Shown in pieces: positions 30,001-41,599 of a stretch of DNA of 64,000 nt (the first letter of the stretch is position 1; each line of letters begins with the position of its first letter). The DNA comes from Eledone cirrhosa. Lineage: Eukaryota. A model generated the notes under the pieces. The model was not told where the DNA came from and did not search any database. It worked only from the letters and a program-made list of their open reading frames with translations. Both the position numbers and the translations under genes were made by a program. Location of the stretch: contig CAXHJY010000856.1 in the NCBI GenBank assembly GCA_964016885.1, positions 62,001 through 126,000 on the forward strand, in the 5' to 3' direction.

Positions 30001-33000
30001 TGTTATATTGGGAGGTAGTGGGTGAGATATTGGGAGGTAGTGGGTGAGATATTGGGAGGTAGTGGGTGAGATATTGGGAGGTAGTGGGTGAGATATTGGG
30101 AGGTAGTGTGTGAGATATTGGGAGGTAGTGTGTGAGATATTGGGAGGTAGTGTGTGAGATACTGGGAGGTAGTGTGTGAGATATTGGGAGGTAGTGTGTG
30201 AGATACTGGGAGGTAGTGTGTGAGATACTGGGAGGTAGTGTGTGAGGTACTGGGAGGTAGTGTGCGAGATATTGGGAGGTAGTGGGTGAGATATTGGGAG
30301 GTAGTGGGTGAGATATTGGGAGGTAGTGTGTGAGATATTGGGAGGTAGTGTGTGAGATACTGGGAGGTAGTGTGTGAGATATTGGGAGGTAGTGTGTGAG
30401 ATATTGGGAGGTAGTGTGTGAGATATTGGGAGGTAGTGTGTGAGATATTGGGAGGTAGTGTGTGAGATATTGGGAGGTAGTGTGTGAGATACTGGGAGGT
30501 AGTGTGTGAGATACTGGGTGGTAGTGTGTGAGATACTGGGAGGTAGTGTGTGAGATACTGGGAGGTAGTGTGTGAGGTACTGGGAGGTAGTGTGTGAGAT
30601 ATTGGGAGGTAGTGTGTGTGAGATATTGGGAGGTAGTGTGTGAGATATTGGGAGGTAGTGTGTGTGAGATATTGGGAGGTAGTGTGCGAGATATTGGGAA
30701 GTAGTGTGTGAGATACTGGGAGGTAGTGTGTGAGATATTGGGAGGTAGTGTGTGAGATATTGGGAGGTAGTGTGTGAGATATTGGGAGGTAGTGTGTGAG
30801 ATATTGGGAGGTAGTGTGTGAGATATTGGGAGGTAGTGTGTGTGTGAGATATTGGGAGGTAGTGTGTGAGATATTGGGAGGTAGTGTGAGATATTGGGAG
30901 GTAGTGGGTGTGATATTAGGAGGTAGTAGGCGAGATATTGGGAGGTAGTGTGCGAGTTATTGGGAGGTAGTGTGCGACATATTGGGAGGTAGTGGGTGAG
31001 ATATTGGGAGGTAGTGGGTGAGATATTGGGATGTAGTGGGTGTAGTATTGGGAGGTAGTGGGTGTAGTATTGGGAGGTAGTGGGTGAGATATTGGGAGGT
31101 AGTGGGTGAGATATTGGGAGGTAGTGGGTGAGATATTGGGAGGTAGTGGGTGAGATATTGGGAGGTAGTGGGTGAGATTTTGGGAGGTAGTGGGTGAGAT
31201 ATTGGGAAGTAGTGGGTGAGATACTGGGAGGTAGTGTGTGAGATACTGGGAGGTAGTGTGTGAGATATTGGGAGGTAGTGTGTGAGATATCGGGAAGTAG
31301 TGTGTGAGATATTGGGAAGTAGTGTGTGAGATATTGGGAAGTAGTGTGTGAGATATTGGGAGGTAGTGTGTGAGATATTGGGAGGTAGTGTGTGAGATAT
31401 TGGGAGGTAGTGGGTGAGATATTGGGAGGTAGTGTGTGAAATATTGGGAAGTGGTGTGTAAGATATTGGGAGGTAGTGTGTGTGAGATATTGGGAGGTAG
31501 TGGGTGAGATATTGGGAGGTAGTGGGTGAGATATTGGGATGTAGTGGGTGTAGTATTGGGAGGTAGTGGGTGTAGTATTGGGAGGTAGTGGGTGAGATAT
31601 TGGGAGGTAGTGGGTGAGATATTGGGAGGTAGTGGGTGAGATATTGGGAAGTAGTGGGTGAGATACTGGGAGGTAGTGTGTGAGATACTGGGAGGTAGTG
31701 TGTGAGATATTGGGAGGTAGTGTGTGAGATATCGGGAAGTAGTGTGTGAGATATTGGGAAGTAGTGTGTGAGATATTGGGAAGTAGTGTGTGAGATATTG
31801 GGAGGTAGTGTGTGAGATATTGGGAGGTAGTGTGTGAGATATTGGGAGGTAGTGGGTGAGATATTGGGAGGTAGTGTGTGAAATATTGGGAAGTGGTGTG
31901 TAAGATATTGGGAGGTAGTGTGTGTGAGATATTGGGAGGTAGTGGGTGAGATATTGGGAGGTAGTGGGTGTAGTATTGGGAGGTAGTGGGTGTAGTATTG
32001 GGAGGTAGTGGGTGTAGTATTGGGAGGTAGTGGGTGAGATACTGGGAGGTAGTGTGTGAGATATTGGAAAGTAGTGTGTGTGAGATATTGGGAGGTAGTG
32101 TGTGTGAGATATTGGAAAGTAGTGTGTGTGAGATATTGGGAGGTAGTGTGTGTGAGATATTGGGAGGTAGTGTGTGAGATATTGGGAGGTAGTGTGTGAG
32201 ATACTGGGAGGTAGTGTGTGAGATACTGGGAGGTAGTGTGTGAGGTACTGGGAGGTAGTGAGTGACATATTGGGAGGTAGTGTGTGTGAGATATTGGGAG
32301 GTAGTGTGTGAGATATTGGGAGGTAGTGTGTGAGATATTGGGAGGTAGTGGGTGTGATATTAGGAGGTAGTAGGCGAGATATTGGGAGGTAGTGTGTGAG
32401 TTATTGGAAGGTAGTGTGCGACATATTGGGAGGTAGTGGGTGAGATATTGGGATGTAGTGGGTGTAGTATTGGGAGGTAGTGGGTGTTATATTGGGAGGT
32501 AGTGGGTGAGATATTGGGAGGTAGTGGGTGAGATATTGGGAGGTAGTGGGTGAGATATTGGGAAGTAGTGAGTGAGATATTGGGAGGTAGTGTGTGAGAT
32601 ATTGGGAGGTAGTGTGTGAGATATTGGGAGGTAGTGTGTGAGATATTGGGAAGTAGTGTGTGAGATATTGGGAAGTAGTGTGTGAGATATTGGGAAGTAG
32701 TGTGTGAGATATTGGGAGGTAGTGTGTGAGATATTGGGAGGTAGTGTGTGAGATATTGGGAGGTAGTGTGTGAGATATTGGGAGGTAGTGTGTGAGATAT
32801 TGGGAGGTAGTGGGTGAGATATTGGGAGGTAGTGTGTGAAATATTGGGAAGTGGTGTGTGAGATATTGGGAGGTAGTGTGAGATATTGGGAAGTGGTGTG
32901 TGAGATATTGGGAAGTAGTGTGTGTGAGATATTGGGAGGTAGTGTGTGAGATATTGGGAGGTAGTGTGTGAGATATTGGGAGGTAGTGTGTGAGATACTG

Positions 33001-35150
33001 GGAGGTAGTGTGTGAGATACTGGGAGGTAGTGTGTGAGGTACTGGGAGGTAGTGTGTGAGATATTGGGAGGTAGTGTGTGAGAGATACTGGGAGGTAGTG
33101 TGTGAGATATTGGGAGGTAGTGTGTGAGATATTGGGAGGTAGTGGGTGTGATATTAGGAGGTAGTGTGTGAGATATTGGGAGGTAGTGTGTGAGATACTG
33201 GGAGGTAGTGTGTGAGATACTGGGAGGTAGTGAGTGACATATTGGGAGGTAGTGTGTGTGAGATATTGGGAAATAGTGTGTGAGATATTGGGAGGTAGTG
33301 TGTGAGATATTGGGAGGTAGTGGGTGTGATATTAGGAGGTAGTAGGCGAGATATTGGGAGGTAGTGTGTGAGTTATTGGGAGGTAGTGTGCGACATATTG
33401 GGAGGTAGTGGGTGAGATATTGGGATGTAGTGGGTGTAGTATTGGGAGGTAGTGGGTGTTATATTGGGAGGTAGTGGGTGAGATATTGGGAGGTAGTGGG
33501 TGAGATATTGGGAGGTAGTGGGTGAGATATTGGGAAGTAGTGTGTGAGATACTGGGAGGTAGTGTGTGAGGTACTGGGAGGTAGTGTGTGAGATATTGGG
33601 AGGTAGTGTGTGATAGATACTGGGAGGTAGTGTGTGAGATATTGGGAGGTAGTGTGTGAGATATTGGGAGGTAGTGGGTGTGATATTGGGAGGTAGTGGG
33701 TGAGATATTGGGAGGTAGTGGGTGAGATATTGGGAAGTAGTGTGTGAGATATTGGGAAGTAGTGTGTGAGATATTGGGAAGTAGTGTGTGAGATATTGGG
33801 AGGTAGTGTGTGAGATATTGGGAGGTAGTGTGTGAGATATTGGGAGGTAGTGTGTGAGATATTGGGAGGTAGTGTGTGAGATATTGGGAGGTAGTGGGTG
33901 AGATATTGGGAGGTAGTGTGTGAAATATTGGGAAGTGGTGTGTGAGATATTGGGAGGTAGTGTGAGATATTGGGAAGTGGTGTGTGAGATATTGGGAAGT
34001 AGTGTGTGTGAGATATTGGGAGGTAGTGTGTGAGATATTGGGAGGTAGTGTGTGAGATATTGGGAGGTAGTGTGTGAGATACTGGGAGGTAGTGTGTGAG
34101 ATACTGGGAGGTAGTGTGTGAGGTACTGGGAGGTAGTGTGTGAGATATTGGGAGGTAGTGTGTGAGAGATACTGGGAGGTAGTGTGTGAGATATTGGGAG
34201 GTAGTGTGTGAGATATTGGGAGGTAGTGTGTGAGATATTGGGAGGTAGTGTGTGAGATACTGGGAGGTAGTGTGTGAGATATTGGGAGGTAGTGTGTGAG
34301 ATATTGGGAAGTAGTGTGTGAGATATTGGGAAGTAGTGTGTGAGATATTGGGAGGTAGTGTGTGAGATATTGGGAGGTAGTGTGTGAGATATTGGGAGGT
34401 AGTGTGTGAGATATTGGGAGGTAGTGTGTGAGATATTGGGAGGTAGTGTGTGAGATATTGGGAGGTAGTGTGTGAGATATTGGGAGGTAGTGTGTGAGAT
34501 ATTGGGAGGTAGTGTGTGAGATATTGGGAGGTAGTGTGTGAGATAGTGGGAGGTAGTGTGTGAGATACTGGGTGGTAGTGTGTGAGATACTGGGAGGTAG
34601 TGTGTGAGATACTGGGAGGTAGTGTGTGAGGTACTGGGAGGTAGTGTGCGAGATATTGGGAGGTAGTGTGCGAGATATTGGGAGGTAGTGGGCGTGATAT
34701 CTGGAGGTAGTATGCGAGATATTGGGAGGTAGTATGTGAGATATTGGGAGGTAGTATTTGAGATATTGGGAGGTAGTATTTGAGATATTGGGAGGTAGTG
34801 TGTGAGATATTGGGAGGTAGTGTGAGATATTGGAAGGTAGTGGGTGAGATATTGGAAGGTAGTGGGTGAGATATTGGGAGGTAGTGTGTGAGATATTGGG
34901 AGGTAGTGTGTAAGATATTGGAAGGTAGTGTGTAAGATATTGGGAGGTAGTGTGTAAGATATTGGGAGGTAATGTGTGTGAGATATTTGGAGGTAATGTG
35001 TGTCAGCTATTGGGAGGTAGTGTGTGAGATATTGGGAGGCAGTGTGTGAGATATTGGGAGGTAGTGTGTGAGATATTAGGAGGTAGTAGGTGAGATTTTG
35101 GGAGGTAGTAGGTAAGATATTGGGAGGTAGTGCGTGTGATATTGAAAGGG
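1..35150. repeat. 22-bp tandem satellite/minisatellite array, consensus GAGATATTGGGAGGTAGTGTGT, runs off the left edge of the window
   Basis: Uninterrupted 22-nt period. Length variants of 20/24/26 nt arise by GT slippage, and recurrent point variants include GATACTGGG, GGGAAGTAG, GTGGGTG and TAGGCG. The + strand is almost devoid of C. The array decays over ~34,700-35,450. Confidence 0.99.
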
Positions 35151-35729
35151 TAGAGTGTGATATATCGGGAGAGGAGTTCTTTGAAAGTAAAGGCCATGTT
35201 GAAGGGTGAAGTAGGATATTGAAGGACATAAAAGTTAGTGGGGAAGAAGTGTAGGTATTGAGGAATATTGGGGGTAATGAGGACTGTATGGAATATTGTG
35301 TGGTAGTGTATAGTATTGAGGGGGTTAGTGTGTGACATTGGATGACTGTGGAGATACTGGGGAATAGCAGGAGATATTGAGGAGTGAGGGTGGTTTATGG
35401 CATTGGTGGGGTGGGGGTGCATTGGGGAGTGGGGACAGAGTGTGACACTAAGGAGAAGGGGAGAGGTAGTAATATTATGAGATGGTGGTCAATGAGAGGT
35501 CAAAGATTCTCTGAAGGGAGTGATGGTCAATAACAGGCATGGTCAACCATTTTTTTTCAGCAGTGGGCTGTATGAGATACAACTGTTACCAAAAATAGTT
35601 AATTTTTCATTAGGTGTCCCTCCCATTCAGAAATCCAAACTCACCACATACACCCCATGGGTTGAAGTTTGACCATGACTCGTCTAAAACATTGGGGGAT
35701 AACAACAACAACATTATCAAGAGACTTAC

Positions 35730-35821
35730 TTTCAGAGCATAGTAGCAGAAGAAATACAAAGCAGCAACAGCAAGTAAACTTCTTGTTACTGAATATACAG
35801 CTGCACCGAGACTGGTAGTGG
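35730..35821 (-). CDS. PCNX: pecanex exon (92 nt, phase 1-0) ATTSLGAAVYSVTRSLLAVAALYFFCYYALK
   Basis: Acceptor CACTTTTAG|, donor AAA|GTAAGT; continues GGNATTSL. The intron after this donor runs into the satellite. Confidence 0.93.
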
Positions 35822-35890
35822 CTAAAAGTGAAGGAGGAGGATATGATGGCTTAAATATGTGACACCAGAATATTTACATATGAAATATAT

Positions 35891-36016
35891 CTATCTATCT
35901 AAGGCGGGTAAAATTCCCGAGATCCATGGACGAGTTCTCTCCAGCGGTCTCTGTCCCTCATTATCGCTGCCATATCCTGCATCTCCAACAGACCAGTGTC
36001 TGTCCTTAGGGCATCA
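35891..36016 (-). mobile_element. 5'-truncated LINE (RTE-like) 3' end with target-site duplication
   Basis: Minus frame YVDALRTDTGLLEMQDMAAIMRDRDRWRELVHGSREFYPP* followed by a (TAGA)n tail; ACATATGAAATATAT repeated at 35,876-35,890 and 36,017-36,031. Confidence 0.7.
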
Positions 36017-36136
36017 ACATATGAAATATATGACCTAGGTTATTTACATATGAAATATATGATCTAGGTTATTTACATATGAAATATATTATCTAGGTTA
36101 TTTATATATGAAATATATGACCATAGGTTATTTACA
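36017..36136. repeat. 29-bp minisatellite (TATTTACATATGAAATATATGACCTAGGT), ~4 copies
   Basis: Direct tandem copies; a further partial unit at ~36,393-36,415. Confidence 0.85.
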
Positions 36137-36170
36137 AATTAAATATGACAGCAGATTGTGTGCATATAAA

Positions 36171-36388
36171 CCCTTTAGTATTTAAACTGGCCATACCCGG
36201 CCAGAACTCTCACCACTTTCTATTCAAACCAGCTGTAACTGGCCCTTCGTGCTGACATTAAGGTATTGTTCTCAAAATACAAAATAACATCATCAAAATC
36301 TCAGATTCGATATGTGAGATAAATAAGTGAGGTAAAGCTTTTACTGAAAATACAATAGTAAATATACAGTAATGTAAATGCTAAAGGG
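36171..36388 (+). mobile_element. piggyBac-type MITE, copy 1
   Basis: TIR CCCTTTAG(C/T)ATTTA...TAAATGCTAAAGGG followed by TTAA; body shared with other copies. Confidence 0.8.
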
Positions 36389-37269
36389 TTAAATATATGA
36401 CCTTAGGTTATTTACCCTTCATTCCAGTCAGTAAGTAGCTTATAGGCTGCACCCTTCTCATTTACACACCCACAACCCCCATCAATGCCTCCCCAGCTTG
36501 ACCAAGGACACACCAAGCACCTTAGTTTTGTAATAAGGTAGTGCCAAAATCAATAAAATTCACCAGTACACAATGTAAAATTATTGGCATTAGTAAGAGC
36601 ATTTAGCCGTAGAAATCATCCCTAAAATGGGGTGTATGAGCAAATTTTGGCCACCTAACTAGCTGACTAGCCACAGAACATGACAGTCCATCTAGCCGAA
36701 GGAAGCATGGAAATTAGAAATTAAGTACAACACGTAAGAAAAACGATGATGATAATATGTAACTCCAAGGTCATTTATAGATTAATGACCATATTTCTAA
36801 GAAAATACCACTCTTTCAATTAATTAATATTTTTGAGCAATTTACAAAAGTTAATTATTTCAATACTAAGCTAGTAACTTAACATATGGTTCTGATATAA
36901 AATTATGTTGGAAGATTTCAAATTAATAGAAACTCTTTAAAATGGGTGGTTTTGTTTCATAAAACTAGAGTTGGTTTTAGCCATGCTAGTATAAAAAAGG
37001 GTTTTACATAGTCACCCTTTCATTATTATAATTATCTTGTGGCCAATAAAGAAATCATTATTATAATTTTTCAAGAAAGACAATGCCTATGGTTTTCTAA
37101 TAATTTTTAAAATAATCTAGAATTTGGAAGGATTTAGTGATATAGCTACCTTTCTTCTTATTGGAGTTTGGAACAAAAAAATTCTTACATAAAATTTAGA
37201 TGGAAGGTGTTTAGGTAAAAATAATCATTTTTAAACAGTATTGTATCATAAAACCAACTATGATAGTAA

Positions 37270-37527
37270 GGATAAAGACCTCCTTCGGTCATGAATGACC
37301 ATGGGATTTACACCTAGAAAGCTCTCCTCCGAGGTACAAGTTCAGTCAAGGTCGTTTGTGGAAGACCAGCAGTCACCGATGTATACCAGTCTCCCCTCTC
37401 ATGCCACCGATGTTGTCCAAAGGAAAGGCTAAGACTGATACGGCTTGGCACTAATGATGTCACAACTCATTTATACAGCTGAGTGAACTGAAGCAACATG
37501 AAACAAAGTGTCTTGCTCAAGGACACA
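37270..37527 (-). mobile_element. 5'-truncated SINE with CORE-like segment
   Basis: Similar to 38,170-38,492; contains AAAGTGTCTTGCTCAAGGACACA. Confidence 0.75.
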
Positions 37528-37911
37528 GTACTGGTAGAATCTACATGATATAGGTATTAGTATTGGTGCTCTGAAATAGCGATGTATATATGAATGTACG
37601 TATAGTATATTTGATAATATACTGTATGTTTATTTAAAAACATTTTGAAGACCATTTGCTATGAATTTGAAAGTAGTGACTATGTCACTTATTCTCGGCA
37701 AAAGCGAAGGGAAGTATTTGACAGTCCTGTTTCTTGCTCGGTGCTTATCAAGACTACATACCCCTTTTGCTTCTGCCAAGAGTTATAGAAGATGGATTCT
37801 TATAGGATTCCAGTAATGTTTTAAGAGCTGATTAAACAGAGCGGTTGCTGGTCCAGCAAAAATTAGGTACGTACATTCCATATGATTTAGTTTTGGCGAC
37901 TATACTAGTTA

Positions 37912-38492
<581 letters not shown>

Positions 38493-39316
38493 TCACAGTC
38501 ATCTGGTATTAGTGTTAGAGTCTGGTGTAATAAACACAGACCATCTAGCTATGGCAATAGTATCACATCCCTGACATCTCAGATATATGGAAGAAAATGG
38601 CATGTTGTAGCTGTTCAATCAACAGAACAACCTGTATGTCAAATTAATGTGCAAATAATAAACAAACATATGCACAATTAACAATTTTCATGGAGGTTCA
38701 ATGAGACAGTATGTGACAAGGCTGGCCCTTTGAATTACAGGTACAGTATATCCAACAAGCTTCCGTCTACCCGTCTATTCAATTTTACTCACAAAGCTTG
38801 GATCAAATTGAGGCTATGGTAAATGGCAATTGGAATGGGATCAAATGCAGAACCTGATGGTTCGAAGTGAACTTCTTAATCATTCAGCCATGCTGTGTGA
38901 GTGGTAGTGACCTGTTTTTTTTTTTTATGTATTTCAAACAAACTGAAACATTCATACACACACACACACACACGTGGTTGGTGTTAGGAAGGGCATCCTT
39001 GTGTTACATACACACACACATGTGGTTAGTGTTAAGAAGGGCATCCAGCTGTAAAAACCCTGGCCAAATTTACAGTCCTGTCAGAGCAAGGTACGGCGTG
39101 GCCAAACCTGTTTCTTGACATGGACGACCCATGCAAGCATGGAAAAAAATGGCCATTAAACAGTGATGATGGTGATATATACACACACACAAACACATAC
39201 ACACACACACAACAACCTGAAGTTTAATGTACTTCACTCAATATCAAGAACACACACACAAACACACACACACATACACACAGGCATATCAATAAAAATA
39301 ATGACTGCAAACTTAC

Positions 39317-39488
39317 CTTTCATAAGACCTTTGGCAAACATTAGTGATGCTGTGGCAGTGAATGGGAAGCCATAGATACTGAATGATGTTGAAGATGCAT
39401 GGTGAATAGTGTAGTCGAGGAACTTGAGGAGACCACAACATAAACAGAAGTAGAATGGACGGCTGAACACTATTAGACGATTGTAGCC
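39317..39488 (-). CDS. PCNX: pecanex exon (172 nt, phase 0-1) GYNRLIVFSRPFYFCLCCGLLKFLDY...FAKGLMK
   Basis: Acceptor TATTTTCAG|, donor AAG|GTAAGT. Confidence 0.95.
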
Positions 39489-39540
39489 CTGAAAATAGGG
39501 AGACACAGAGATAGAGATTGTGATGACTGTCACTTGATAC

Positions 39541-39882
39541 ATGTAACATTTTTACTATAGAGGCTTTATCTTACATAATTATCTCACATGGTGGATTGGC
39601 AGTATCGGTAGAGAGTCGGACGGCATGCTTTGCAGCAAAGAGTTACGGCCCTTTATGGTCTGAGTTAAAATCCTGCCGAGGTTTAACTTTGCCTTTCATC
39701 CTTACGGGGATCGATGAAATAAAGTACCAGTAATGCACTGGGATAATTCCTGGCCTTGTGCCAAAAGTAGAAACAATTATATTGAATTTAGGAGATTTTT
39801 ATATTTATTTTGAGAGCAATACCTTAACATCGATATGAGCATCCAGTTATGACCAGATATGGCCATTTTAAATGCTAAAGGG
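39541..39882 (-). mobile_element. degenerate piggyBac-type MITE interrupted by a SINE
   Basis: MITE body on both sides of 39,589-39,777; ends TAAATGCTAAAGGG. Confidence 0.6.
39589..39777 (+). mobile_element. short tRNA-like SINE (GCCTTTCATCCTT..GTCGATAAAATAAAGTACCAG family)
   Basis: Highly similar to 42,110-42,296 and, inverted, to 53,943-54,113. Confidence 0.8.
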
Positions 39883-40019
39883 TATAACACGATGGTGAGT
39901 GGCTGTGTAACACTGTATATAGGAGGGAAGATAGAAAGAGGGACTTGATGGTTAGCCATAATAGAGCCTATAAAAGAGCAGGGTAGGGGGAATAAACCAT
40001 ACAAGAGTTGATAACTTAC

Positions 40020-40052
40020 ATGCATTGGTGATGCTGAATCTGGTTGTACACT
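40020..40052 (-). CDS. PCNX: pecanex 33-nt small exon SVQPDSASPMH (phase 0-0)
   Basis: Acceptor TCTGTTATAG|, donor CAT|GTAAGT; fills the SVQPDxxSPxHG motif. Confidence 0.93.
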
Positions 40053-40285
40053 CTATAACAGAAGAAAACATGAGATTAACTGGGTGTACACTGAGGATAT
40101 ACTAATATAACATACATACTGCACTTGGGTGTGTGTGTGTGAATGTGTGTGAGTGTGTGAGTATGTGTGTATGAGTATACATGTGAGGAGTGTGTGCGAG
40201 TGCGTGTGATTGTGTGAGCATGAGTGTGTGTGTGTGTGCGACACACTAGCTGAATGTAACAGGTGTTTCCATAGTAACTACTTAC

Positions 40286-40439
40286 CTTGAGCAAAGAATA
40301 CTGACAACTGGCCAGGATGAAACAGAAGATGAAGATGTAGAAATCTTTGTAGAAATGTGATGAAAGCACGAGGGCACCGAGAGAACTGACTGCTACGGCC
40401 ATCAGAATGGCTATCAGGTTCTCAACTACGGTCAAGTTT
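40286..40439 (-). CDS. PCNX: pecanex exon (154 nt, phase 2-0), transmembrane helices NLTVVENLIAILMAVAVSSLGALVL...FCFILASCQYSLLK
   Basis: Acceptor TTGTTTCAG|, donor AAG|GTAAGT; ASCQYSLLK motif. Confidence 0.95.
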
Positions 40440-40472
40440 CTGAAACAAAAATAAAAGCAACAAGTGTTTTAA

Positions 40473-40921
40473 CCCTTTAGTAATAACATTACTCTATATC
40501 CACAGTCGATCGACTTTCACCAAAATCAGACCGAGGAAACAATGTTTCCATTGGTCTTTCCAATTGCTAATACTATCTATCGGTCGCAACTCCAGGTAGA
40601 AGGAGCAACGTGAAATAAAGTGTCTTGCGCAAGGACATAACGCATCACCCGGTTTGGGAATTGAGCCCACAACCTCATGATTGCAAATCCAATTATCTTA
40701 CCACTCAGCCCCGCACCTACTCGACATATACTATTATATTTTCACAGTAAAAGCTTTACCTCACATAATTATCTCACATAACATCGAATCTATGAGATTT
40801 TGATATTATTTATTTTGAAAACAATACCTTAACATCAGCATGAGTGGCTGGTTACAGCCAGTTTGAACAGAAGGAGGTGAGAGAATTCTGGCAGGATACG
40901 GCCAGTTTAAATGCTAAAGGG
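40473..40921 (-). mobile_element. piggyBac-type MITE with nested SINE-derived insert (~40,500-40,722)
   Basis: TTAA|CCCTTTAG...TAAATGCTAAAGGG|TTAA; body in reverse orientation to the other copies. Confidence 0.8.
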
Positions 40922-41221
40922 TTAAGGCTATTTTCCCTGCTAAAGCACTAGATCACAGATGATCTAAGGCTAAACAACAACATTCTATCCCATACCACAC
41001 CATTCCAGAATACAGTATACCAGGTAACCACAGCACCTCACAGTACAACCACTACACACTATGACTATAGCCCCACAATTTCACGAGGCATCCCAGAACA
41101 CAAATATATCCCTGAGTAAAGGGTACAGAGAACTCTTCAGCTATGTAAAAGACATACATCTGCCCTAGTGAGGGTGTCACAATAAAATGCACTCAGTAGT
41201 GATTGGGATATGTAAGTGAGA

Positions 41222-41357
41222 AGCAGGCTCTTAACCCATCCATACACTCAGTAGGATGCAAGAATATATGTAAACGAAATTCAGGCTCCTGGCCCATCCG
41301 TACACTCAGTAGGATGCAAGAATGTATATAAACAAGATGCAGGCTCCTGGTCCATTC
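41222..41357. repeat. ~59-bp tandem repeat, ~2.3 copies
   Basis: CAGGCTC..CCCATCC.TACACTCAGTAGGATGCAAGAAT repeated. Confidence 0.75.
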
Positions 41358-41599
41358 CTGGCCCAATCAGTATCTCTGCTTTGAAACCCAGACTGGTGTG
41401 CTAACCTGTCTAGCTCTTGGTAAAGCAGATGTTACACCTTTAGTATCACAATTCAATAAAGTACTCCTGAACTCACATCTGTGAGTATCAGGGTGTACAA
41501 CATGTGTTTCAAGGCTATTTTCTCTGCTAAAGCAGGGCTTAGCCATGCAGAGCCCCATGACAAATTTCAGTTTGAAAATCAAAAGGACTCTCCAGGCGG

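Noticed and set aside
1-35150. CRISPR array or telomeric tract
   Set aside because: There are no unique spacers, the context is a spliced eukaryotic gene, and there are no TTAGGG runs.
1-35150. Strong G-quadruplex or R-loop array
   Set aside because: Consensus GGG tracts are 19 nt apart, and only runs of GTGGGT variants give short loops. The pecanex transcript is the C-rich strand, which disfavours R-loops.
4985-35229. Long minus-strand ORFs (up to 618 aa) of HTTSQYLTHYLPISHTLPPNIS repeats
   Set aside because: The consensus 22-mer has no stop in any minus-strand frame, so long ORFs arise automatically. The 2-nt indels switch frame freely, showing no coding constraint, and read-through from the last exon hits a stop within a few codons.
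37640-37700. Hammerhead in the 37.6/45.4 kb repeat family (TTGAAGA...GAAAG)
   Set aside because: The core C is missing and I could not build stems I-III.
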